From the NCBI GenBank assembly GCA_002269645.1, contig NIVC01000070.1, positions 620,001 to 684,000 on the forward strand: a DNA stretch of 64,000 nt, in the 5' to 3' direction. The DNA is from Macrostomum lignano. Lineage: Eukaryota. The translations under genes and the position numbers were made by a program. The notes below the pieces were generated by a model, which saw only the letters and a list, made by a program, of their open reading frames with translations, was not told the DNA's origin and ran no database searches. Below, piece after piece: positions 38,140-49,708 of the stretch (positions are counted from its first letter, which is position 1; the number at the start of each line of letters is the position of its first letter).

Positions 38140-39026
38140 TTTGAGCCATTTCAAAGGTGCTCGAACGAACCTAAAATAAATATCTAACGAACTTCCAAAG
38201 CTTCAAATAAGCAATGTACGATGTTGATACACAAAAATTCATGGAGATGAATTTTAAAAAGATATCGAGCAGCATCCTGTATAGCAAACCGACGTCCAGA
38301 AAGTGAGATGCTGCGATTTTTTAATGCAAGGGGCCGAAACTTCTTATCCATTTAATTCAATTTAGCATTTCTTCTTACAGATACTTGCAGCCAGCTGGCC
38401 ATGTGTGGTCACTCGGTGTCGGTGCAGGCAGTTCCATGGAATTTCCGTGGCAATTCCACAAACTATCGTTAAACAGCGCATTTTGTTTAGCCTAAATGTG
38501 CATGTGATTTCACCTGTGAAACTAATAAAAGTTTCCAGAACGAATTAATGCTCTTGAGCTCAATTTCAAACGGTATCTTTCTGTTTTTTTGTTATTTCAA
38601 TGCAGCACAAAATTAAAGAAAGTTCCACTTACATTTTCAAATAGTTTAATTATAGACGCAATGAGTAGAGAAAAAGACGCAAACAAATTTGTACGTAAAA
38701 ATGTTGAACGAGGTAATCATTGCAAATCGGGAATACAAAATCAATCATATTTAACAATTGTACCATTGTTAGTCTATCAAAAATCGTTGCTGAATGCATG
38801 AAAGCGCGTAACAATTAAGAGCACATTCAAATTACATTATAAATCATAATATACATAGGAGGTAATTACGATTCCCGGTAACGATACTCAGGTAGCACTG
38901 GTAGTAACTTATAAGGCGTTACATGTAATACGTAAAAGAATTCCAAGGTGATTTCAGATGCCAGTGACTGTAAAGTACATTTGATGCAGTAAACGCCTCT
39001 TTACTACACTCGTGCAGCAAGCAGAG

Positions 39027-39620
39027 CTACTTTGGTTTTAAGATTCGAGCTGCCAACCACATCGACTGTCGCAGCTCGCTCAGCAGGCAGTGCAGCCGAA
39101 CCGCCTGCTGCTGCAGACTCCGGGCACCCACTAGCGTCCCGGACCGCGTGTCCAACAGCCGATCGTTTGCCTTCTCAATCGAGAACTGCACCCAGCGGCC
39201 GGAGTCCCCGCAGAACAGCAGGCCAACCTTGTAGCTGAGCGAGTCCGACTCGAACACGAACCATAAAAAGCAGCGAGTGGAGTCAGCCGTCACGCGGGTC
39301 AGCGTGGATTGTTCCTCGCTCTCGTCGCTGTCAGAGTCCAGACAGCGCGTGCAATTGTCGTCGTCATTGTCGAGATCAACGCGTTGAGCGTCCAGCAGTT
39401 CGATCTCTTGCACACACCGGACTCCGAGTGCGTCGGTCTGAGCTGAGCAGAAGCGCATTGCGGTCAGCGAAGCATCGGCATCCCGTCTGGCCAGCAGCTC
39501 CGTCATCCAGTGCTGCACGGCCTCGCCAGCCACCGCATCCGACGGGTCGCTGAGGTAGAACAGGTAAGCCACCTGGCACAGCAGCTGACGGCCAGACTGG
39601 AGAGCGCTATACCGGTCCAT
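39027..39620 (-). CDS. Hypothetical protein, 197 aa, apparently single exon
   Basis: Non-repetitive, GC-rich ORF in AT-rich surroundings; start context ATCATGGA is identical to that of the MORC gene. No domain recognised. Confidence 0.55.
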   Translation of the reverse strand: MDRYSALQSGRQLLCQVAYLFYLSDPSDAVAGEAVQHWMTELLARRDADASLTAMRFCSAQTDALGVRCVQEIELLDAQRVDLDNDDDNCTRCLDSDSDESEEQSTLTRVTADSTRCFLWFVFESDSLSYKVGLLFCGDSGRWVQFSIEKANDRLLDTRSGTLVGARSLQQQAVRLHCLLSELRQSMWLAARILKPK

Positions 39621-40492
39621 GATTCGGTTTCCTTCAACTATCCAGCTAGACTACAGCTGCTGCTTATATAGCAACGCCGTGATTTAGCAAGTGCACGTAC
39701 ACTCTACAGGATTGCAGCTATAGTAGCCATCTACCCACACAGAGCTGTTTAGTATACGTCTATTTTAGTACAGCAGAGGCTGGCTGCAGCTAAAATTGGG
39801 TTGCAGGGCCGGCTGTGCAACTATTTTTAGACTAAGCAGCACAGATAAACGCAGCGGGCTACGACACGCGGGAAAGCGAGGCCAACCCCCCACCCCCTCA
39901 GCTCCGCGGGTGTGTCGCAACTGACTATTAAAAATATATTGACATCCAATGTCCGAATGTTGTGACATTGCCGACAGCCAATCTATGGATGCACTCTAAA
40001 TCTAAAGTAACTAAGGCATTAAAAGGCCAATATAGATCTACAGAATATTTATAACTGATTAGCAGTAATAAAATAACGCTAAAAATAATAGCCAACTATC
40101 AAGGATTTGGCCATGGAAAAGCTTTCTAGCTAAATTTGTCCTAAAATTGAGCCACATTAAAATCGCTTAAAACAGTGCGAGCAGGGCACAGAAACTGAAC
40201 TTGCTAAATTTAACTTGGCAAATGATAAGACATTCTCTTTGCCAGAGATTGCTGCCAGCCTAGCAAGCAGGTTGTGCCAGAAATAGCCGATTGATTGAAG
40301 CATTCTGTTTCAAAACTCCAGAGAACGCGCTCAACTCTAATATCTAACTTTTGTCTTTTGGATAAAGGGGAAGGACCCCGAAGGAGGAGATTGGAGATAT
40401 GGCCGGTGAGGCAGGGAGAGGAAAGGGAATGGGAGAGAGAGGAACCTTAACAATGGTTAGAATTGTATATGTGGTTTCAGAGATTGACAATG

Positions 40493-40810
40493 AATTATGT
40501 CACGAGTGGCTGAATTATGTCACGAGTGGCTGAATTATGTCACGAGTGGCTGAATTATGTCACGAGTGGCTGAATTATGTCACGAGTGGCTGAGTTATGT
40601 CACGAGTGGCTGAGTTATGTCACGAGTGGCTGAGTTATGTCACGAGTGGCTGAATTATGTCACGAGTGGCTGAATTATGTCACGAGTGGCTGAGTTATGT
40701 CACGAGTGGCTGAATTATGTCACGAGTGGCTGAATTATGTCACGAGTGGCTGAATTATGTCACGAGTGGCTGAATTATGTCACGAGTGGCTGAATTATGT
40801 CAGGAGTGGC
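40493..40810. repeat. 20-bp minisatellite GA(A/G)TTATGTCACGAGTGGCT, ~16 copies
   Basis: Exact 20-bp period. Confidence 0.97.
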
Positions 40811-40899
40811 CACTAGTGACAATAATTTATTGTCTATGACTATGATAAAACCACATCTGCATTGTTATATGGATACATATATGTGCTCAAAGTTAAACA

Positions 40900-41585
40900 A
40901 TGATAGATGAAAATTAAGTGAAATGAAGTGGAAATTGAGCCATAGACAAACAGTGATAGATGAAAATTAAGTGCAATGAAGTGGAAATTGAGCCATAGAC
41001 AAACAGTGATAGATTGAAATTAAGTGAAATGAAGTGGAAATTGAGCCATAGACAAACAGTGATAGATGAAAATTAAGTGAAATGAAGTGGAAATTGAGCC
41101 ATAGACAAACAGTGATAGATGAAAATTAAGTGCAATGAAGTGGAAATTGAGCCATAGACAAACAGTGATAGATGAAAATTAGGTGCAATGAAGTGGAAAT
41201 TGAGCCATAGACAAACAATGATAGATTGAAATTAAGTGAAATGAAGTGGAAATTGAGCCATAGACAAACAGTGATAGATGAAAATTAGGTGCAATGAAGT
41301 GGAAATTGAGCCATAGACAAACAATGATAGATTGAAATTAAGTGAAATGAAGTGGAAATTGAGCCATAGACAAACAGTGATAGATGGAAATTAAGTGAAA
41401 TGAAGTGGAAATTGAGCCATAGACAAACAGTGATAGATGGAAATTAAGTGAAATGAAGTGGAAATTGAGCCATAGACAAACAGTGATAGATGGAAATTAA
41501 GTGAAATGAAGTGGAAATTGAGCCATAGACAAACAGTGATAGATGGAAATTAGGTGCAATGAAGTGGAAATTAAACCATAGACAA
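40900..41585. repeat. 53-54-bp minisatellite AATGAAGTGGAAATTGAGCCATAGACAAACAGTGATAGATGAAAATTAAGTGA, ~13 copies
   Basis: Direct inspection. Confidence 0.96.
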
Positions 41586-42404
41586 AGAAGCCAAGATGAC
41601 AAAGGGCCTAAGAAGCCAATAGGGCAAATGGCCTCAGTTAGAGTGCGCTTCAGTTTTCTGGTTTCATGCATAACTAAAGCTAGGGAGGCGTCGCTGTTAG
41701 GGAGGCGTCGGCGTCTATCGGCCAGGCACTGGTCAGGCAAGTCAGCGGCCAGAGTTCATGCTCAACGCGTTCAACAACATTTGGTCACGCATCACCACGC
41801 TACAGAGTTGCAATCAAGCAGCGATGGTGAATCAATCCAGATTCCAGCCTGCGTCGTGAACCTTGTCAACAACAGGCACATTAAATAAAAATTATACATA
41901 CACCGGCGTTGAACAACGTTGCTTGTTGTCCACTAGTTAATAATGAAAATATCAATATAACAATGAAAGAATTGAGTAGTCAGTTAATTCGTACACCTGG
42001 CAAACAGCCTGGTTGCATGACATAAAAAGTAATGGTCAGTTATTTTATATTTACATGCAATTCTGTGAACTGTCTGATTTGCGACAGAACCGTATTTTAA
42101 CATTTTTATCTCAGCAGTGAATTCATAGAAATATATATTTGCACAATAAAAAATATGACGACAACGTAGGACAGTATAATAGGCCTATAAAATTATATAC
42201 ACTTTCTAACCTATACGATTTGATTAACGCATGCTTGAAAAAATAAAACCGAAAACATGCGCAACCAAATGCTAGTAAACTTATAAAGCTTTAAAGAAGC
42301 GTGCGATGATTTTATAGATCCTCTTAAGCTCTGAACTAGAAACCAAACAACTATTTAAGCAAGAAAAGGCCGACAAAGCGCGATGAACCAAAATGAAATC
42401 GAAA

Positions 42405-42545
42405 AAATCGATAAGAAATCGGTAAATCGATAAGAAATCGATAAATCGATAAATCGATAAGAAATCGATAAATCGATAAGAAACCGATAAATCGATAAGA
42501 AATCAAAAAATCGATGAGACACCGATAAATTGATAAATAGATAAG
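42405..42545. repeat. Short ATCGATAA(GAA)-based repeat downstream of the MORC stop
   Basis: Direct inspection. Confidence 0.85.
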
Positions 42546-42678
42546 CAAGACTGAGAATTATTATAAGAAAACACTAACAAAGTTTATACAATGACAGGCT
42601 AGCCATTTCTATTTAATGCCAAGCTGCCCTTTTAAAAGCATAACAAAACGAAGATTCAGAATGCAATTAGCCCTGATT

Positions 42679-45600
42679 TCAGTCGTCATCGATAACAATA
42701 GGCTTAATGTCGATCTCGCCGTCGGACAAATTGGCCTCTTGTGCGTCGCTTACAGCCGCGACATTAGATGAAGATGCGCCAGGCTGTTTTTGCCCGTCAT
42801 CTCTTGGCTGTTGTTGAGCCTGTTTCTTCTGTCTGTCAAGATCTTGCACAACTCTGGCCAGCAGCTGGTCCACCGACTGGTCAGGGAACTCTGGCACTTT
42901 GACAGGGCCGCCGCGGCCGCCGTCAGAATCTGTTGACCAGTCGCTGCTGATGTGGCCGAGCAGTCGGATGACGCTGCATCGGAGGCTGCGCAGTTGGTCC
43001 TGAGTTGTTTTGGCGAACACGTTAGTTATATACAGTTTAACATCGCGTCTGCTAGAAAATGGACTGAGGATCTGGGAGGCTGGCCCAGCAACTGAGGATC
43101 TGGGAGGCTGGCCCAGCAACTGAGGATCTGGGAGGCTGGCCCAGCAACTGAGGATCTGGGAGGCTGGCCCAGCAACTGAGGATCTGGGAGGCTGGCCCAG
43201 CAACTGAGGATCTGGGAGGCTGGCCCAGCAACTAAGGAAAAGTAAACCAACCAAAACAATTGCAGCTCACCTTCACTCGATCGAACCTGGCAGCGGACAC
43301 GGCGCCCTCCCGTTTCACAGCCGCAGGATCAACGGACACAGCAGCAGTTGAAGACTCTGCGGTGGCGGACACAACAGACTGCTCCACTTGAGTAGAGCTC
43401 ATCGCCACGTTGCCACCGCCACTGCCACCGCTGCAGCTGTTAATGTTGCTACTTCTCTCCCGAACCTCCTGCCGACTAGGCTGATGCCGGCCTCCCAACT
43501 GGTGGCTGGCAGTCGAGGAGCTGACTGCGGCAGAAGTGGCCGAAGGCGGATCGAAGCGAGCCCGCTTGCTGCTGGACTCTGCGCTGTGCGAAGCTGCCGA
43601 CTGTCCAGCCGGCCGAGAGTTGGACAGCAGCGAGCGGATGGCGGCCGCCTCATTGCGCCGCCTGGCGGTGGTCCTGGCGTCTCTGACATTTGCAATTATT
43701 GCGAATCAATAAATTCGGTTTAGCGTACTGTTAGTAGCGAGTAACGAATATTAAGGAATCCTATATTTAAATTTACGATGAAACTTTTATAAATGGTTGC
43801 GGCCCAAGGATTAAAAAATGAGATCGTGGGGGTCAGGGTGAGGATTCAGGGATTCACGGTTAAATTTTTTTGGATTCACGGTTCTAATTTTGGGACGCAC
43901 GGTCTGTAATTTTGGGATTCAGAGTTGTAATTTTAGGTTTCACGGTCGTAATTCTACGTTTCACGGTCGTAATTTTGGGATTCACGGTTTAATTTTTTTG
44001 GGATTCACGATTGTCGATTATTAATTTTGAGATTCACGTCTTTGATTTTAAGATTTAAAATTGGGATTTTCGATTCACGGATGGGATTCAGAGATTCACG
44101 GATATGGTTTTGAGATTCACGGATATGGTTTTGAGATTCACGGATGGGATTCTGAAATTTACGGTTGGGATTCTAAGTTTCACGGATGGGATCCTGAGAT
44201 TCACGGTTGGGATTCTAAGTTTCACGGATAGGATCCTGAGATTCACGGTTGGGATTCTGAGATTCACGGTTGGGATCCTGAGATTTAGGACTAGAATACG
44301 CAAGGGGAGCGAGGGAAGCACATGCTGCACTCAACTCACCTGTAGTCCTGCACCATGGACTCCTCGTCCTCGACCTCCTCGGCAATGTCGCAGCGGTTAT
44401 AATAAGCGTCCGGGTTCATCGAGCAGTACCAGGCGCGCTTTTCTATCGAACGAAACTCTTCGTCCGACACGTCCAGAAGCCGGCGCCATTTCTGACAGCT
44501 GTCGCACTGCACCCAGCGCCAGTAACTGGGCGGCGGCGGAGCGGCCGCTGCTGATGAGGCGGCGGCCGAATCAGAGCATCTGTGCAATTCCAGGTACTCT
44601 TTCAGCTTCTGGGTCAGATTTAAAAAGCAGTTGCTGAAAGAGGCGAAAGACATTGGTTGGGATAAATTTAGCTTGCACTGCAGTGCCTGCATAATGACAT
44701 GCAATCCCATCTGTTCTCTTTTACGGCGAGAACATTTAGGAATAGGAATTTGGATTTCGAGGTCAGTATCTTGGGAGTTGGAATGAAATTTTGGGACTCG
44801 GGAATGGAATCTTCGAATTCAAAGTTGGGATGTTAGGATTCAAGGTAGGGATTTTGTAATTTGAGGTTGGGATTTCGGGATTCGAATTTGGGATTTTATG
44901 ATTCGAAGTTTGATATTTTTAGTGTCAAGGTTGGATTTTGGGATTCAAGGTTGGGATTTTGGGATTCGAGTTTGGGATTTTGAGATTTGAGGTTGGGATT
45001 TTGAGATTTTAGGTTGGGATTTTGAGATTTTAGGTTGGGATTTTGGGATTCGAGGTTGGGACTTTGGAATTCGAGGTTTAGACTTTGGGATTTAAAGTTG
45101 GGATGCTAGGATCTAAGGTTATGATTTCGAGTTTCGAGGTTGGGATTTTGAGATTCGAGGTTGGGATTTTGAGATTCGAGGTTGGGATTTTGAGATTCGA
45201 AGTTGGGATTCTGAATTTGAGGTTAGGATTATGGGATTCGAGGTTCGAATTTTGGGGTTGGACACGAGTTTTAAGACTCGAGTTTGGGATATTCGGATTA
45301 GGAGTTAAGAATCGATAATTTAGTTATTGAGAAGATTTTGAACTTCCACATGTTAGATTGGGGCACTGTGGTATTTTTTTAAAGCTCAGGAATGAGAAGT
45401 ATGGGATAAAGGACTAGGATCACGAAAAGATGCAATAAAGCATGCATCAATTAAAGTCTCCTTACCGAAAATTGGCATCCCTAATGAACTCCTGCTTGAT
45501 GTGATTTGGCTCCAGGTGATCAACTTCAGCTATGAGGGCAACGCCACTAGCCAGCTCTGGCTCCTTGACCAGCTTCTCGTACGGCAGGATGAGGCGGTTA

Positions 45601-47505
45601 TTATGATACAGCATTGCCCCATAGTCGGAGTGGTTGGCCGGCAGGACGCCGATTACAACTCGAACTCGATAATTCGAATTCGATCGAAGTTTCAAACGGG
45701 TCTCGTCGCTAGGCGACAGCTTGGGCGAGTAATAGTCTATGGCCCGCTTGGCGAGACACCGCTGCATCAGCTGGGTGCGCACCTTGTGGTTGTTGATGCG
45801 AATTATCAGTCTCGGCTTCATGAACAGAATGCTCAGGTAGGCCTTCAGCGATCGGCTGTGAGTGAGGAGTTCAAATGGGATTTAAAGTTTATTTTATGCC
45901 CAAAGCAGTAAAGCAGTCGAACGCAAAGGCACTCACCGAATAAGCGGGGACACAGAAGTCTGCAACAGCTGCATCCTCTGCACTGCCGGCAGGGCGGCAT
46001 CGGACTGCAGCGTCTCCGAGTTGACAATGTCGCTCCTGTCGCTAACCAGGTCGAGTTCCAACGCCGAACTCGGATCGTCTGGCGAGGTGCGTTTCAGATT
46101 ATAAATCAGTATCCTGGTGCCGTGCTTGCCAATGCGATCGAACTGCGCCAGAACCTCGGATTCGAAACCGCCGAATAGGTCGCAGTGATGAGTGATGAGG
46201 CTGAGAGACTGGGCGCCATCTGGATATGTCTCAGCCAGCTGGTCGTTCACCCAGGAACAGATCGGGAGCACGATGGTGTCAGCGCCGATGCGGGCTAGGA
46301 AGGTCTGCGATAGAAGACCGACAGACTTCACAACGGCATTGTTGGCCAGGCGAGTCTTGGTGAACACGATGGCGTCCTTGCCGATGCGCATTGAGCCTGA
46401 TTTGAAACCGTTGCCATAGTGACCGATTGGCTTGTGGCCCTGCGAGAGGCGGCAGAGAAATTTGGTGCTTTTAAAAATTAATAATGAACAGTGCTTTTCT
46501 GCTCAAATTCATACCGTCATTTGATTGAAAGGTAGATCGTTTTTCATAAAAATTTACATCGTTTCCTGCCTACAAAGGCACAATTGTTACTTTCCAAAAA
46601 ATGTAGATAGTTTTTCTTAGAAATGTAGATTATTTATTTTCTAGAAATGTAAATCGTTTCTTTCCTAGAAATGTAGAATACTTATTTCCTAGAAATGTAG
46701 ATCGTTGCTTTCCTAGAAATGTAGAATACTTATTTCCTAGAAATGTAGATCGCTTCTTTCCTAGAAATGTAGATCGTTTCTTTCCTAGAAATGTAGATCG
46801 TTTCTTTCCTAGTAGAAATGTAGAATATTTATTTCCTAGAAATGTAGATCGCTTCTTTCCTAGAAATGTAGAATACTTATTTCCTAGAAATGTAGATCGC
46901 TTCTTTCCTAGAAATGTAGATCGTTTCTTTCCCAGAAATGTAGATCGTTTCTTTCCTAGTAGAAATGTAGAATATTTATTTCCTAGAAATGTAGACCGTT
47001 TCTCTCCTAAAAATGTAGATTATTTATTTTCTAGAAATGTAGATCGTTTTTTTCCTAGAAATGTAGAATATTTATTTCCTAGAAATGTAGATAATTTCTT
47101 TCCTAGAAATGTGCACCGTTTTTTCAAGAAATACGAGACGATATACGATCGTGCATTTTTATATTGCTGAATCGGTTTTCACCCTGAACAACTAGATTTA
47201 CCAACCTTAACAGGCACTTTGTCGCAATAGCCGAAGCTGAGCATATTATGCAGTCTGTTCAGCTCCATGCCTCTGCCATCGTCCGTAAAGCTCAAAACGT
47301 CGATACCCCGCATCACCTCGTGACGAATGTCAAGGTGAGCGGCTGCGCAGTCGGGATCGTAGGCGTTGTCAACTAGTTCGGCTATGGCCGAAAACACCCA
47401 CAGGTGAGAGGTGGCGTTGGACACCAGGTAGGCTGGATTCGTTCGGGCTGACCGAAGACCGCTGACCTGCAGATCCTGCTGCTGCTGCTGCTGTTCCAAC
47501 TCCAT
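42679..47505 (-). CDS. MORC3: MORC family CW-type zinc finger protein, MORC3/4-like, 6 exons, ~739 aa
   Basis: Exons 47505-47206, 46439-45937, 45855-45466, 44633-44340, 43682-43271 and 42999-42679 join in frame (2220 nt). GHKL motifs AELVDNAYD, FTDDGRGM and GHYGNGFKSGSMRIG; zf-CW WVQCDSCQKWR...WYCSMNPD...C; C-terminal LRSLR..V..LL. The MORC3 versus MORC4 distinction is not resolvable. Confidence 0.93.
43063..43233. repeat. 28-bp minisatellite CTGAGGATCTGGGAGGCTGGCCCAGCAA, 6 identical copies, MORC intron 5; locus 2 of 3
   Basis: Same unit as 10441-10899. Confidence 0.97.
43840..44285. repeat. 21-bp minisatellite CACGGTTGGGATTCTGAGATT, MORC intron 4
   Basis: Direct inspection; degenerate toward the left. 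Confidence 0.9.
44745..45320. repeat. Degenerate 21-bp minisatellite GAGGTTGGGATTTTGAGATTC, MORC intron 3
   Basis: Direct inspection. Confidence 0.88.
46610..47112. repeat. ~24-bp minisatellite TTTCCTAGAAATGTAGA(TCGTTTC/ATACTTA), MORC intron 1
   Basis: Direct inspection; two alternating variants. Confidence 0.94.
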
Positions 47506-47606
47506 GATTGCAGTCAGATGCCAGCCAGCAGCAAATATTTCAAACACATTGTTAACCTGGCTGTAAGCTGTCGATCCAATAAATATTCAAGAACCATTGA
47601 TCTGAC

Positions 47607-48153
47607 GCTGGCCCAGCAACTGAGGATCTGGGAGGCTGGCTCAGCAACTGAGGGTCTGGGAGGCTGGTGGCCTAGCAACTGAGGATCTGGGAGGCTGGCC
47701 CAGCAACTGAGGATCTGGGAGGCTGGTGGCCCAGCAACTGAGGATCTGGGAGGCTGGACCAGCAACTGAGGATCTGGGATGCTGACCCAGCAACCGGGGA
47801 TCTGGGAGGCTGGCCCAGCAACTGAGGACCTGCGAGGCTGGCTCAGCAACTGAGGATCTGGGAGGCTGGCCCAGCAACTGAGGATCTGGGAGGCTGGTGG
47901 CCCAGCAACTGAGGATCTGGGAGGCTGGCCCAGCAACTGAGGATCTGGGAGGCTGGACCAGCAACTGAGGATCTGGGAGGCTGGCCCAGCAGCTGAGGAT
48001 CTGGGAGGCTGGCCCAGCAGCTGAGGGTCTGCGAATCTGGCTCAGCAACTGAGGATCTGGGATGCTGACCCAGCAACCGGGGATCTGGGAGGCTGGCCCA
48101 GCAACTGAGGGTCTGCGAATCTGGCTCAGCAACTGAGGATCTGGGAGGCTGGT
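47607..48153. repeat. 28-bp (some 31-bp) minisatellite of the CTGAGGATCTGGGAGGCTGGCCCAGCAA family, ~19 copies, upstream of the MORC ATG; locus 3 of 3
   Basis: Same unit as 10441 and 43063, with more variants. Confidence 0.96.
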
Positions 48154-48884
48154 GGTAGGGCCCAGTGATAATAAAGACACTCAATTAATTTATCTAGCTG
48201 TCATATTTTCAAGACTGCCTCAGACAAGAACAAGGTGGTAAGTGACATCATCATCACATGCCATTCAAGAGTAGCAATTATGGTCATCATAGGCATTAAA
48301 GTGCATGTAGGTCTTTGTGAATAACTATGTATTGACCTATATTGATCTATATACAGGAAAGAAACGTACAAAAAATAAAGACAATTTGACATCAAACTCA
48401 GATAAAAGAGACAGGCCCTTAACCTTCGTATTGCGGTGCCCAGTAACATATATTTATTATTTTTTTAAAATGACAGCAACAAGTGTTACACTTCAAGTAT
48501 TAGCAGCAATTTTTATAGTCACACTGAATATGCGTATAATTGTTTTATTAATATAACCTTGAATTACAGATTCTATTAGTTGATAAATAGTTTTGAATGA
48601 TGAAATTAAACAATTGTTAACACAGGGGCGTTGACAGTAGCAAACGAGACTAAATGCAAACAGCAAACAGTTACGTAGTAGGGAGGGAGAAATCGTTACT
48701 TTTTTATCCTATCTGCAACTTTTTAACTCCTCAGACAATGAAGTCAACATTCATACTACTGTTACTGCTGAGTAAGTAGCAGGCATGGAGTCACAAATAT
48801 AAAAAGATAAATTTTAAACAAAATCATGAAAACATAGATTCTTTAACTCACTTTTTATTTATAACAATTTCAGGAGTTGAGATA

Positions 48885-49515
48885 CTGATCCTAGAGATTT
48901 TTGGGATACTGATCCCAGTGGGAGATTTGTGGGATACTGATCCCACTGGGGTTTAGGATACTGACCCCAGTGGGAGATTTTTGGGATACTGATCTTAGTG
49001 GGAGATTTTTGGGATACTGATCTTAGTGGGAGATTTTTGGGATACTGATCCCACTGGGAGATTTGTGGGATACTGATCCCAGTGGGAGACTTGTGGGATT
49101 GAGGAGATTGTGGGATACTGATCCCAGTGGGAGATTTGTGGGATACTGATCCCAGTGGGAGATTTGTGGGATACTGATCCCAGTCGGAGATTTGTGGGAT
49201 ACTGATCCCAGTGGGAGACTTGTGGGATTGAGGAGATTGTGGGATACTGATCCCAGTGGGATTTGTGGGATACTGATACCAGTAGGGTTTAGGATACTGA
49301 TCCCAGTAGGAGATTTTTGGGATACTGATCCTAATGGGAGATTTGTGGGATACAGATCCCAGTAGAAGATTTGTGGGATACAGATTCCAGTGGGAGATTT
49401 GTAGGATACTGATCCCACCGGGAGATTTGTGGGATACTGATCCCAGTGGGATTTTGGATACAGATTCCAGTGGGAGATTTGTGGGATACTGATCCCAGTG
49501 GGAGATTTTTGCGAT
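48885..49515. repeat. ~28-bp minisatellite GGGATACTGATCCCAGTGGGAGATTTGT, downstream of TBP
   Basis: Direct inspection. Confidence 0.94.
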
Positions 49516-49708
49516 ATTAATCCCCGCGGGAAATTTAGGGAAAGTAAAACTAAATATAGAGATAGATATATCAGGATTGATGATGAAAATCCTTAATTAG
49601 AAATTTCGACATACTGTTACAGAAATTAAAAAATGACGTGCGTTTAAAACGCAAACTCGCAGAGTCAGCCAGCGCATTCATGGCGCATGGGCCATCCCGC
49701 CTGACGCA

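Noticed and set aside
33278-41585. CRISPR-like appearance of regular 20-53-bp repeats
   Set aside because: Units are head-to-tail with no unique spacers, there are no cas genes, and the context is eukaryotic.
42999-43060. Acceptor at TTTTCTAGCAG (~43050) for the last MORC exon
   Set aside because: Wrong phase; the downstream ACTAAC...CTCAG acceptor at 43001-43000 restores the frame.
5644-49515. Short dyads inside many units (TCTCA-A-TGAGA, GCTGG-C-CCAGC, GGGAT-ACTG-ATCCC, ACAC-C-GTGT) as a shared design rule
   Set aside because: A rough estimate gives 4-bp stems in about half of random 30-mers and 5-bp stems in about 1 in 8, so the observed count among ~25 arrays is not clearly above chance.
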